A stretch of DNA of 64,000 nt from contig OZ024752.1 in assembly GCA_964016885.1 (NCBI GenBank), forward strand, positions 46,996,001 to 47,060,000. Reading direction: 5' to 3'. Both the position numbers and the translations under genes were made by a program. The stretch is from Eledone cirrhosa (lineage: Eukaryota). The notes under the pieces are model-generated. The model saw only the letters and a list, made by a program, of their open reading frames with translations. It ran no database searches and was not told where the DNA came from. This document shows, piece by piece, positions 51,251 through 64,000 of the stretch (positions are counted from its first letter, which is position 1; each line of letters opens with the position of its first letter).

Positions 51251-52330
51251 TCACTGTCGGAGGAGGAACTCCTTCCACCGAGTTCTGTCCCTTGTCAGTC
51301 TTGACCATGTGGGTCCCAGGTGGTTGGTGAGGTCGTCTTGCCATCTTGTTCTTGGACGTCTTTTAATCTTGTCCCTTTTCTTGGCGTCCAATCTGTCACG
51401 AGATGTGGCCAGCCCATCTGTTGTCACCGAGTCTCCAGATGTGGCCAGCCCACCTGTTGTCACCGAGTCTCCAGAAGTGGCCAGCCCACCTGTTGTCACC
51501 GAGTCTCCAGAAGTGGCCAGCCCATCTGTTGTCACCGAGTCTCCAGAAGTGGCCAGCCCACCTGTTGTCACCGAGTCTCCAGAAGTGGCCAGCCCACCTG
51601 TTGTCACCGAGTCTCCAGAAGTGGCCAGCCCACCTGTTGTCACCGAGTCTCCAGAAGTGGCCAGCCCACCTGTTGTCACCGAGTCTCCAGAAGTGGCCAG
51701 CCCACCTGTTGTCACCGAGTCTCCAGAAGTGGCCAGCCCATCTGTTGTCACCGAGTCTCCAGAAGTGGCCAGCCCATCTGTTGTCACCGAGTCTCCAGAA
51801 GTGGCCAGCCCACCTGTTGTCACCGAGTCTCCAGAAGTGGCCAGCCCACCTGTTGTCACCGAGTCTCCAGAAGTGGCCAGCCCACCTGTTGTCACCGAGT
51901 CTCCAGAAGTGGCCAGCCCATCTGTTGTCACCGAGTCTCCAGAAGTGGCCAGCCCACCTGTTGTCACCGAGTCTCCAGAAGTGGCCAGCCCATCTGTTGT
52001 CACCGAGTCTCCAGAAGTGGCCAGCCCATCTGTTGTCACCGAGTCTCCAGAAGTGGCCAGCCCATCTGTGTTTGTTCGCCTTGAAGGTTGTTATGTCGCT
52101 GACTCCAGTTTGTTGTCAGACCTAAGTGCTCCTCTTCTTGTTACACATCGTGATACCCAACATGATGTTCTCTATCTTTCTCTGGGCAACACTGAATATG
52201 TTTGTTCTTCATGTTGTTATTCAGCACCCAGGTTTCACTGCCATACATTTAGCAGACTGACAAACCTAGTTTTTGACAATTGTTCTGATCATAATAAGAA
52301 AATTACTAAGCCTATATTCTCAACTACGAA
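51251..52330 (-). mobile_element. Decayed RTE LINE 3' fragment containing an internal 36-bp minisatellite
   Basis: Minus-strand remnants ...IMLGIT...QQTGVSDI...KHRWAGH...RRPRTRWQDDL...RDRTRWK. Confidence 0.7.
51400..52068 (+). repeat. 36-bp GC-rich minisatellite, about 18 copies
   Basis: Unit GTGGCCAGCCCAYCTGTTGTCACCGAGTCTCCAGAA. Confidence 0.95.
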
Positions 52331-52689
52331 GTCTACTCTCACCCACGCCAAAACTATGTGATAGGTCATAACACCATATGACCCTCTCTAACACTTTGGA
52401 CATTTCCACAACGCTGCTACGTGCATCGAGGTTTGACAATTTATTTATTGATTGCAGAATCTTTTCTATATTTTATCTGCATATCACCCACTTCGAGGAT
52501 TGTCTCTCTGTTGACTGCTAGCTGCTGGTCTCTGTCTTCTGAGGCATTTTTGACCATCGTTGTCTTTGACACCATTTAGCTGTTTTAACGTCAGTTCTAG
52601 CGACGAGTTTTCTCATATTTATATGTATTATATATATATAATCTAATTACCCAAATTTGTATAAAACTGTGATCCTTTAAGGTTCTATA

Positions 52690-53018
52690 ATGCCTACAAA
52701 GTCAGAAAACGGCACAGCTCCCATTACTTTCGGAAACATTTTTTCACTCTCAGAGTTGCTGAAGCATGGAACAAACTACCTGCATCAGTTATTTAGCTGT
52801 CGAGACATTGCATCCTTTAAAACCTCCATGCTTCCTGAGATTCGCCAACACTACACCTAATATTCCCCCTCCATACACACACACACATGTATATCATGAC
52901 TCATACGCTATTCACTTCCCTGACATTTGTACATTATTCTATGTACTATACATGCACCTTTGATGAGTTGTAGTGCACCTGAGCACTGTACACAATAATT
53001 TCATTATTATTATTATTA
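52690..53018 (+). mobile_element. CR1/L2-clade LINE 3' end. 3'UTR-only copies about 1830-1915, 35550-35715(-), 40560-40850(-), 43560-43750, 49640-49790(-)
   Basis: AYKVRKRHSSHYFRKHF/FTLRVAEAWNKLPASV...SFK (frameshifted), followed by the shared UTR ...GAGTTGTAGTGCACCTGAGCACTGTACACAATAATTTC(ATT)n. Confidence 0.75.
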
Positions 53019-53365
53019 AGGGCGGTGGATTGGCAGTATCGGTAGAGGGTCGGACGCCATGCTTTGCAGCATAGAGTTACGCTCCTTTATGGTCTGAGTT
53101 CAAATCCCGCCGAGGTTGACTTTGCCTTTCATCCTTACGGGGTCGATAAAATAAAGTACCAGTAATGCACTGGGTATTTGCTGGCCTTGTGCCTAAAGTA
53201 GAAACAATTATTATTATTATTATTTTTAATGTACCTCTGTGACCTAGTTGGCCTTCATGGTAACGCTGGCACTAAGAGAATCTGATGCCCCGAATCTTCT
53301 AACAAGGGAGATAACAAGGTTTGACTTAGACGTCACAAACAGCGTCTGTTAATGAAGTTACCACC

Positions 53366-56300
53366 ATGGAAGAAAACGACGAAACACAACGGTAAATATA
53401 AATATATATATATCGTCTTCATTACTTTACTTTAAATATGTCAGTTAAATATTCTTTCAACGTGAATATTCCTTTTTTCAATCAAACAATAGTGTTAAGC
53501 TGTTAACTTGTTTGTTTGTTTATATATCTATGTTTATATTTGGTATAAATGGAGGAACCAGAAAATTTTACGATGGATTTGACATAAGCAAATATTTCTG
53601 TAAAGATATGTTTATATGTCAAATTATATTTGCTTAATTTATAAAATCGTACCTATAAATTGTGACTGTCTCAATTACTCTTAACGCAACCACCTGTTTT
53701 GACATTTACCTCGACATACATATCTATATATTTTAAACACAACATACATATATACACTGATCTGTCAAATACTCTGCTCTGTCGGCCAGCTACATTTTTC
53801 AGCCTGTGGCTTTCGAGACGTTTGGGGGAGTCGGACCGCTGACTGCGAGGTTCCTTTCCTCACTGGCGACTCGCCTAATAGAGGTGACTGGCGAATCTCG
53901 CGAGGGTGCTTGGCTGTTTCAGCGCATCAGCCTCGCCATCACTCGAGGCAACGCTGCCAGTGTGCTGGCTTGCTTCAAAAATCATTAGAGAGGTTGCCCA
54001 GTACTCCTAGCGACGTTGCTTGTCTTTTGCTCTGGCGTTTACTCCGTTGTTCACCCCTTCTTTAACATTTTCTTTAATATTGTAACATTGAAGGAATATA
54101 TCTTTCATTATATCATCCTTTATAGTGTTACCGAAGCATTTATAATGTTATTTATGTACATACATATTATATACGTTTTAAACACATACACTTCTATATA
54201 TATATTTTAAAAGCAATATACATATATGCATTTTAAAGGCAACATACACTTCTATATAGTTTTTAAAGGCAATATGCACTTTTATATATATTTTAAACAC
54301 AGCATACACTTCTGTATACATTTTAAAGGCAACATATACATTCTTTAATGTACCCATCACTTAATATTACAACCATAACCGAATATTTATAATTTTACAA
54401 CACATGTGGAAAAGGAATTAACCAACTCTTTCTTATTCTTTATACTGATATAAGGTCTGAATATCAGTTTGAAATCCATAAACACGAAATCCCTTCCCTC
54501 GTGTCTGTCGTGATTTCTTTCCTAAACTAAATAATTTAATACGCACTATTTGATTGTTGAATAAAAACACAGAAAACAACCACAATCCGTATCTTAAATG
54601 AATAAATTATGATTTATTGTAAACATTAAAAAATGCAAATGGACAACAATTATAAGAATGTAAATAAAATATTATAAAAATTAATCAAAGAAAAAAAACG
54701 AGAAGGCACCACCTTAGTTGCATATTTCCTATCTTTCTGGTTTAATTTTATAGATTATTTAATTACTTCATTAATAAAATGTTATTTAAAATACACGAAA
54801 TGTGGATTAAATTATGTAATGTTTGATTTACAAAAATTTTTTTTTAAATAACAGAAAATTGTTAGAAACATTTTAGAAATTACGAAACCCTGACACGTTT
54901 ATAAAAGGAAAGAAAAAAAAATTTAAATTGCTTTAATACTGGAAAATACTCAGAAACATTTAATAAAAGCTGTCCTTAAATACGAAGATTGCTTCAATAT
55001 TTTAGATTTCTGTAAATAAAGAGGTTAAAGATGCCTCTTGGTTTATTCTAATGTTCAACCTACATTGACATATAATAAACAAAAATACACTATCAGAGGT
55101 TTATCTATATTTATTGCTAGAATAAATTACTTTCGTTTTCATCTTTAAATCTTAATTAGTCTTTTACAAGACAGCACTTTCAAGCTATCAGTTTGCGAAC
55201 GATCTTTTCCCCCACTATGTAGTAACAATCACTTGCTTTGTTTTAATATAGCTGAATCATTTGGCCCAATTAGGTTATCGATATCATAAATTAAATCAAT
55301 TCTGGATGTTATATTGGCATTTTGCTATTTGGAACTGTATAGAATATTTATTTTCCATTGCAAAGCACATCTAGTGCGTCTGTCTACTCAAACCAATTTG
55401 CCCTTTTCGGTAATAGCCGTTAAACCACTGCAGGGTGAACAAACAATATAAGTTTTGTTACACAATTAGAACAGCATACATTATGCTATACAAATATAAA
55501 CACAATTTATATAGGAGGGGAAAAGCAAGGACTCCAGGGCCACAAAAGAAGAAGATGGAGGAGGAGGAGAGAGGGTGATGGGTGATGGGCCTAGAGCGCA
55601 GCCGTGTTGGAGCTGTGCCCCGCGGACAAAACTGCAAAAGCATTATTGCGGACCAGACTTTTATAGTCCTTTCCTCTACTTCTCCACACAGCCAGATCTG
55701 TCCTTCTTTACCCCTTCCCCGTTTGTAATCATCATCATCATCGTTTAAGGTCTATCTGCCACGCTAGTATAATGTTATGTATAATTGATTAAATGAAATA
55801 AAACGTTTTGTTGTTAAAAAAAAATTATTATTTAGTGAATACGATTTACAAAAGAAAAAAGGTCAATAAAAATTAATCAGAACCCCCCCCCCCCCAAAAA
55901 AAAAACGGTAGAAGACACACAGTTAGTTACTACAAGTAATGTTAGTGTTTCCCATTAATCATTTTTTAGCCAAACCAAGATACTCGTGGCATTGTTTATT
56001 GTAAAAAATAATAGAAGAGCATTAATTACATTTTAGGCCTAGTTGTGATTTTTTGGCTAGGTTATCTAGTCCATTAAACTGGCTGAGCTGCTCTTTAAGG
56101 GTTTTCCTATTGAAACCCTCTCTAGATTTGTTTGCTTAGCAAGTGTTGTCTTTCGCCTGCAGTAATAGCTTTTACCTTCGCCAAAAACGGTAATCAGCAA
56201 ATAACAGGTATTGTAGCATTGTTGGTTGACAAGTTCTTATATTTAGCTCGTGGGTAACGAATTCTTCAATATATTTCTTTTGTGTCTTATATTTTCATAT

Positions 56301-58401
56301 ATACGATAACTCATAAAACTTTACATGTATATATGTGTGTGTATGTATATATATATGCGTGTATGTGTGTGTGTATGTATATATATATATGTGTGTGTGT
56401 ATGTATGTATATATGCGTGTATGTGTGTGTATATATATATATATATGTGTGCGTGTATGTATGTATATATGTGTGTGCGTGCATGTATATGTGTGTGTGT
56501 GTATCATCATCATCACCGTTTTACGTCCATTCTTTCACGCTAGCATGGGTTAGACGGGTTGTCCTGTTGTGGGCAGTAGCCGGTCGTCTGACCATGCCTT
56601 GCTCATACGGGAACTGATTCTGGCTTTGATTTCTACAGCTGGATGCCCTTCCTAACACCAACCTCATTTACAGTGAGTGCAGGGTGCTTTTTTTCCGTGG
56701 CGCCTACACGTCCACTTTACAATGAGTGCTGGGTGCTATTTTGCCGTGGCACCTCCACGACCACTTTGCAGTGGGTGGGTGTGGGGGAATATTGTATGTA
56801 TGCTTCAGCTTGTACCCGTGGGGGGTCGGGTCTTCTGTATTACTGCGTGACGCCAGAGATATATATGTGTGTATATATATGTGTGTGTAATATTACTGGT
56901 ATATTTAAGTATATCAATTAAATATGTATATAATGTTAAAATTATTTATATTCTTGTTATTTATATTCTCATTCCTTTTTTCTTGCTGTTTCTTTTTTTC
57001 CATTGAAGTCGAATCAATAATTCCAAATTATTTATTGAGATTCCTTCTTACAAATGGCCTATCATATATTCCTCACATTACAATATCAGCTTTATGTATT
57101 TTGAAAGATTACACCCTTTTGATGCAGGAAAATGGGGCAAAATACACAAATTTCTCAAAGGTAAGTTTGTAAAATTAAAACTTAGCAATCATTTATTTTG
57201 ATTTCTAAACCATTTTCTTACCATATTTCTAATGAAATACACTGTCTATGATAAAGTGAAATGAAAACCAATGTTGTCTCTGATCAAAGCACGAATACAC
57301 TACCTATTATTTTCAAGTAATTTTGAAAATAACCAAAAATTTGGAGGGATTTTATAATAAAATAATCTTTCTGAATATTTATCTGTTTGTTGGAACAACA
57401 TATTTTACATAAAATTATGATCCCTCGCCACAGGGTAGTGCGGACTCCTCAGTCAAGTCAACAATGACGACCAACAGTATTCCTTATGCTGGGTCCACTA
57501 TAAAATGCACCCTCTACATACTGAAAAGTGGTTGGCATTTTAGGAAGGATATCCTGCTGTAGAAATTCTGCCAAACAATGGGTTGACAGGAGTCTTCAGT
57601 TGTGTCAAGGATATGACAACTTCCCTGGTACTGGTGCCACAATACAATGCACCAAGCACACTCTGTTAAGAGGTTGGGAACCAGAAGGGTATCCAGTTGT
57701 AGAAACAATGCCAAAACTGGAGCATATGTAAATACATGGCTCTTGGTTTATCTGAGAGAACAGTAGCTCTGATTAAGTACTGATGACCTTTCCAACACAT
57801 ACCAGCATGGAAAAAAATGTTAAATGATGCTGATGATGTTAAACATTTTATAATAAACAGCTTTGTATTGTAGAACCTAGGGTAACTTCAGGCAGTTTAT
57901 CAATAGCATTAAATCATATCTACAGCCTTTTTTTTGTTCAAATCAAATATAGAATAATGATGAGTTACTTGTGTTTGTATGTGTGTGGTGGAGGCATTTT
58001 GTTTGTGTGTGTGGTAAGGGCTACTTGTTTGTGTGAACGTGGAGGCGGCTACTTGTTTCTATGTGTGTGTGGTTGATGTTAGGAAGGGCATCCAGCTGTA
58101 AAATCCCTGGCCAAATTTACAGTCCTCATCAGAGCACTGTATGGCATGGCCAACTCTGACCAGACTTGCCTCCCAGCGTGGACGATCCATCAAACCCATG
58201 CAAGCATGGAAAAATGGATGTTAAACAGTGATGATAATGATGATAATGATATCAGTTGTTTTACTTATATTCAAACAAAATTGTTTTATTTCATTTTTAG
58301 AGGATAATTTTCTTCGAGATGACACCACTGTTGAACCAGTGGAAGCTTCAGAAGATGATTTATTGGTAATCCACCCAATGAAATATCTCAAGTCTTTAAA
58401 G
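53366..58401 (+). CDS. HDAC11: Histone deacetylase 11, 5' part. Exons 53366-53391, 57009-57160, 58301-58401; gene continues beyond the window
   Basis: Kozak CCACCATGG. Spliced MEENDETQRRINNSKLFIEIPSYKWPIIYSSHYNISFMYFERLHPFDAGKWGKIHKFLKEDNFLRDDTTVEPVEASEDDLLVIHPMKYLKSLK matches the HDAC11 N-terminal motifs (WPIVYS..YNI.F..LEKLHPFDAGKWG; EASEEDLLVVH). Phases are consistent. Confidence 0.92.
53767..53988 (+). mobile_element. CRE-clade (RLE-type) non-LTR retrotransposon C-terminal fragment in HDAC11 intron 1
   Basis: KYSALSASYIFQPVAFETFGGVGP...TGESREGAWLFQRISLAITRGNAASVL matches the CRE-type F.P.A.ET.G..G...FQR.S.A..RGNA motif; GC-rich island in an AT-rich intron. Confidence 0.75.
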
Positions 58402-59606
58402 GTATTTCAAGATTTAAAGCAAAAAATATATATATGAAAGTTTAGGGTAAGCTTAAGGTAGATATAACTACCATTTTTTTAATTAGAAGCCTTAGAGCTA
58501 AGGCTTCTAAGTAAAAACAGTAGTTGTATCTAGCTTAAGTTGACTAGCTAAACCTCCAAATATACGCTGCATTCTGGCATAAATACCTATTATATATATA
58601 CATATATATATATATATTATTCTTATTCATCTTTAGCTTTGTCTGATTTTAACTTTAGTTTCCATTCATTTTATTTAATATTTATTTTTCGTTGAAAAAG
58701 ATGTATATGTATATATGTATATTATTTTATTTTTTGTTCAGAGATGTATATATGTATGTGTATATTTTAATAAACACATACATACCACATCTTAATAACT
58801 TAGCTTGTGTTTTTAGTTCATTGTTTAGACTTCTAGATCTTCTAGTTAAGCTAGTTTGACTATTTAGATCTTCTAGTTAAGCTAGTTTGACTATTGATTA
58901 GACTGGACTTTAATATAAAAACCTGCATGTGTATGAACATGTCGAATATGCATGTAAGATGTACTTAGCTTATTATTAAAGTTATATACATTAGTTATAG
59001 CAGTACTTAATAGATTGTTGTATGATGGCCACTAATATTTATATTATTCTGTGAAATTTAATTTATGTATAAATATAAAATGCCTGCATTCCATCTAGTT
59101 TCTAGTCCCTGATATACCTTCAGTTGATTGAATGATTAAAAGTGAAAAAAGAATGTTTAACCCTCTAGCATTTACATTACTCTATATATACTATTGTATT
59201 TTCATGGTAATTATCTCTCATGATATTGAATATATGAGATTTTGAAATTATTTATTTTGAGAACAATAGCTTAACATCACTATGAGCGACCGGTTACAGC
59301 TGGTTTGAAAAGAAAAAGGTGAGAGAATTCTGGCCAGATACAGCCGGTTTAAATGCTAAAGGGTTAAGGAAGATTTATTAATGCATCAGTAGAGTCTACA
59401 TTTTATTATTGTAGAAATTAAAAATACAGTCTTTGACACATATAATTAACTCAAATAACATCGAGTCTATGAGATTTTGATATTACTTATTTTGAGAAAA
59501 ATACTGTAACATCAATATGAGTGGCCAGTTACAGCTGGTTTGAACAGAAAGAGGTGAGAGAATTCTGGTCGGATTCGGCCGGTTTAAATGCTAAAAGGTT
59601 AATATA

Positions 59607-59655
<49 letters not shown>

Positions 59656-61371
59656 AGAAAATGGATGGGTCACTCTGAGCTCTGCATCCTAGGCAGCAGC
59701 TTAAATGTAGTGCTATTTCTTGGTATACCTATTTTAAACTGAGTACTCTTCTGTTAATAGAGCTTCTGAGGTAGGTGAAATCATCCACGACCATCACATT
59801 CTCCTGATTGAAGTATACACTTAATTTAATTTTGAATTTCATTGTTTTTTTGTTTTTATAATCTTTTGAACCTTTTTAAAAAATTTAAATGTTTATTTAA
59901 CTTTTAACATCCTGTAAATATTTAGCAGAAAATGTCTAAAATCTAGATCTGTTAATTCAAATGTTTATAGAGTTTTTCCTAGTGGATAGATCATTGTAAA
60001 AATTTGCAGTATTAGAGTAATTACTTTAATTTTTGAAGTGATTCAGTCATAGAGCCATTTTGTACTTTTCAAGAATGCCTTGTTAATGCAGTTTCATGTG
60101 GTGCAGGACATTAAAAGTTAAGACACTGAAATAAATAGTCCATGTCTATACTAGATAATAAATTAAAATACAGCATTAAAGTTTTTCTCTGCATTTTTAA
60201 TTCATTATTCACTGTTTTGGTATATTTTTTTCTTTGTTTATGTTGCATACCACCATCTTTCATTTTATTATTTATCTATTTTTTTAATTTTTACTATTTG
60301 ATAATTTTTTGTCTAATTTATTTCTGGTCTAAATTAATGGCATTGAATTTTAACCAAACTCTGCTTTTTAGTAGGTTCTTTAAAAATGCCATCCTAATAA
60401 CATTTCTTCCCTGCATCTTCCCCACAGCTTCACACCATTTTGGAAGGACTTATTGAGGTGGGACAACCTTTTGTTTTGTAGCTGTTCTGTCACACCATTT
60501 TATCATTAGATTTCAACTATTTACTCTTTAGGCTTTAAAATTAACACTCAAAATTATATTTATTTTGTAACTTTTTAAATACAAAATTGTCTTTTAATTT
60601 AACTGATGTCTCTATCAGCCTTGTACAACAAACAAAATTATTCTTACATAGAGATTATGTGGGTCTGTTATTGTTGAAATTCAACTAATTTTGTTATACC
60701 AATATATTTTCTCAGTTTAGAAACTTTAAAAGAAACAGTACTGTACCATAGAACCAAAGGAATTTTCAGGTGATTTGATATCAAATTGCTTGAAACTTTC
60801 CTTGGTTCTGATACATTATTGTTTGTTTTAAAGTGTTTAAATTTATCTTAAAACTTTCCATCATAATTTTATGTAAGAACCTTTGTTAAGTTATATTCCA
60901 AACACCAGCTTAATGAAAACTGTAGTTATATTACTAAATTTCTTCACATTCTTGGTTATAGTAGAAAACACTTCCCTAGGGTTTCACAGTAGGGCTGAAC
61001 CTTAAACCACATGGTTGTGAAATAAACTCCTTAAATACACAGCCATGCTTGTGTCTACTTATGTTATAGTTACATATTTTAACATCACTGGAAACCTAAC
61101 AAGTGGTCTCTGTGAGATAAGGTGTCTTCTAAACTCTTTTGATACCAAATCATATAAAACTGACCCTGGTTCTATGATACAAAACCGATTGCTTTGAAGT
61201 GTTTATCTTCATCATCATCATTGTTTAACGTCCATTTTCCACTAGAATGGGTTAGATGGGTTGTCCCATTTGAGGCAAGTTGGATCAGGTGACTGTATCT
61301 TGCTCATATAGAACTATTTCTGGCTTGGTTTCTATGGCTGGACTGGATGTCCTTCCTAACGCCAACCACAT

Positions 61372-62870
61372 TTACAGTGAGTACTGGGTGTTTTTTGTTG
61401 TGACACCTACAAGACCACTTTACAGTGAGTACTGGGTGCTTTTTGTCGTGACACCTACACGACCACTTTACAGTGAGTACTGGGTGCTTTTTGTCATGAC
61501 ACCTACACGACCACTTTACAGTGAGTACTGGGTGCTTTTTGTCGTGACACCTACACGACCACTTTACAGTGAGTACTGGGTGCTTTTTGTCGTGACACCT
61601 ACACGACCACTTTACAGTGAGTACTGGGTGCTTTTTGTCGTGACACCTACACGACCACTTTACAGTGAGTACTGGGTGCTTTTTGTCGTGACACCTACAC
61701 GACCACTTCACAGTGAGTACTGGGTGCTTTTTGTCGTGACACCTACACGACCACTTTACAGTGAGTACTGGGTGCTTTTTGTCGTGACACCTACACGACC
61801 ACTTTACAGTGAGTACTGGGTGCTTTTTGTCATGACACCTACACGACCACTTTACAGTGAGTACTGGGTGCTTTTTGTCGTGACACCTACACGACCACTT
61901 TACAGTGAGTACTGGGTGCTTTTTGTCGTGACACCTACACGACCACTTTACAGTGAGTACTGGGTGCTTTTTGTCGTGACACCTACACGACCACTTTACA
62001 GTGAGTACTGGGTGCTTTTTGTCGTGACACCTACACGACCACTTCACAGTGAGTACTGGGTGCTTTTTGTCGTGACACCTACACGACCACTTTACAGTGA
62101 GTACTGGGTGCTTTTTGTCATGACACCTACACGACCACTTTACAGTGAGTACTGGGTGCTTTTTGTCATGACACCTACACGACCACTTTACAGTGAGTAC
62201 TGGGTGCTTTTTGTCGTGACACCTACACGACCACTTTACAGTGAGTACTGGGTGCTTTTTGTCGTGACACCTACACGACCACTTTACAGTGAGTACTGGG
62301 TGCTTTTTGTCGTGACACCTACACGACCACTTCACAGTGAGTACTGGGTGCTTTTTGTCGTGACACCTACACGACCACTTTACAGTGAGTACTGGGTGCT
62401 TTTTGTCGTGACACCTACATGACCACTTTACAGTGAGTACTGGGTGCTTTTTGTCGTGACACCTACACGACCACTTTACAGTGAGTACTGGGTGCTTTTT
62501 GTCGTGACACCTACACGACCACTTTACAGTGAGTACTGGGTGCTTTTTGTCATGACACCTACACGACCACTTTACAGTGAGTACTGGGTGCTTTTTGTCA
62601 TGACACCTACACGACCACTTTACAGTGAGTACTGGGTGCTTTTTGTCGTGACACCTACATGACCACTTTACAGTGAGTACTGGGTGCTTTTTGTCGTGAC
62701 ACCTACACGACCACTTTACAGTGAGTACTGGGTGCTTTTTGTCGTGACACCTACACGACCACTTTACAGTGAGTACTGGGTGCTTTTTGTCATGACACCT
62801 ACACGACCACTTTACAGTGAGTACTGGGTGCTTTTTGTCATGACACCTACACAACTACCTTACAGTGTGG
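61372..62870 (+). repeat. 48-bp minisatellite, about 31 copies, expanded inside an RTE-tailed SINE in an HDAC11 intron
   Basis: Unit TTACAGTGAGTACTGGGTGCTTTTTGTCGTGACACCTACACGACCACT, preceded by the reverse SINE tail at 61208-61371. Confidence 0.95.
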
Positions 62871-64000
62871 ATTGGTTGTTTATATTTCCCTAAATACCTT
62901 CTATCATAACTTTGTTAGAATCTTTAAGTTATGTTCCAAACACCAGCTTAATGAGAAAGTTAGCTATATTATGAAATCCTTCCAAATTCTTGATTATTTT
63001 CAAAGCCATTTGAAAATCTTATGCATTATCTTTCGACAGAAATATGGTGACATGAGGGTTTAATAAAATTTAATATTTTTTATATATATATATGTATAAA
63101 TTACTTGTTAAAACAATTTTTGTTTCATTCAATGTTTTATTAATATAAGAGTGGTGGTTATTAACTGTAAAATATCCTTTCTTTTGGCAAGGCAGCTACT
63201 CAGCCTCATGTGACAAGAGGTAAAGTTATGGGGAGCAGCATAGCAGATGTGACATCTCATTGAAAGAGTCATTCATTGACCAACAGTGACAGTCACAAAA
63301 AGCTAGGCAACAAGAACCACTCTGAAACCAATGGCCAAGATCACCTAGTTCCCTAACTTAGTAGCCATAGATATCTTTAACCCTTTAGCATTTAAACTGG
63401 CCAGAATTCTCTCACGCCTTTCTGTTCAAACTGGCTGTAACTGGCTACTCATACTGACATAATAAATAATATCAAAATCTCATAGATTTGGTATAACTTT
63501 ACCATAAAAATATGATAGTATATATAAAGTAATGCAAATGATAAAGGGTTAAACTATTGAAAGATTCCAGATGAGACAATCCAAGCAAACTCAAGCAAGG
63601 GTGATACTGAGAAGGAGCGTACATAAGAAAGGCCTATTCTGAATGTCTTAAAATCTAAGCAGTTACTGTAACACTATATATCCTTTCAGTAAGAAATAAT
63701 TTGAAAAAAAAAAAGAGGAAATATTATATAAATTGTTTAGTAATAAATATTCTGTAGCTATAGTTAAGCTATACTTAAAATAACATTAAACAGTGTTTTG
63801 TTGAACTGTTGTTTATTGTGTGACAAACATTTACAAAGTATAAGGAGGAATGATCTTTGAAATCTCAAATCAATTTTGGTTTTTAAGCTGATGAAATATG
63901 GTGTGATGGAATTTTTAAGCATTTAAATGTTGTCTTCTTATATTATAATTATATTATTATTTTCTGTTTTAATTATTATTAAAATTATATTATTATCATT

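Noticed and set aside
51251-52361. Four overlapping 240-350-aa repetitive ORFs (mucin-like or Cys-rich)
   Set aside because: A 36-bp minisatellite within a decayed RTE; open in several frames by construction
195-58401. A functional clock-metabolism-chromatin cluster (PYG, cry, LIN37, HDAC11)
   Set aside because: Adjacency alone is not evidence of co-regulation in an animal genome; it would need conserved synteny or co-expression data
61280-62893. Long ORFs (380 aa +, 516 aa -) with Cys/His periodicity
   Set aside because: Translations of a 48-bp SINE-derived tandem repeat whose unit is a multiple of 3; intronic, with no gene context

Overview
This is AT-rich, microsatellite- and repeat-dense eukaryotic DNA. 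The SINE/MITE repertoire suggests a coleoid cephalopod, probably Octopus (inference, not a database result). Four protein-coding genes were reconstructed by hand from GT-AG junctions and phase continuity. (1) The 3' half of glycogen phosphorylase (+, 9 exons, 195-12767). (2) A Drosophila-type (type I) cryptochrome with an intronless CDS (-, 16017-17660), probable non-coding 5' exons and an E-box/E'-box cluster near 25.5 kb. (3) LIN37 (+, 7 clear exons 36624-45346, candidate first exon near 31.4 kb). (4) The first three exons of HDAC11 (+, 53366-58401, continuing past the window). Introns and intergenic DNA carry tRNA-derived SINEs, RTE/CR1/CRE LINE fragments, TTAA, hAT and Tc1/mariner MITEs, and TE-derived minisatellites. 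The most unusual signal is a set of Penelope-like element relics in (TA)n tracts: long inverted repeats carrying minimal type I hammerhead ribozyme motifs with self-complementary stem III, one apparently intact at 34760-34826 (-), plus a decayed GIY-YIG endonuclease fragment at 22250-22540 that the ORF track misses.
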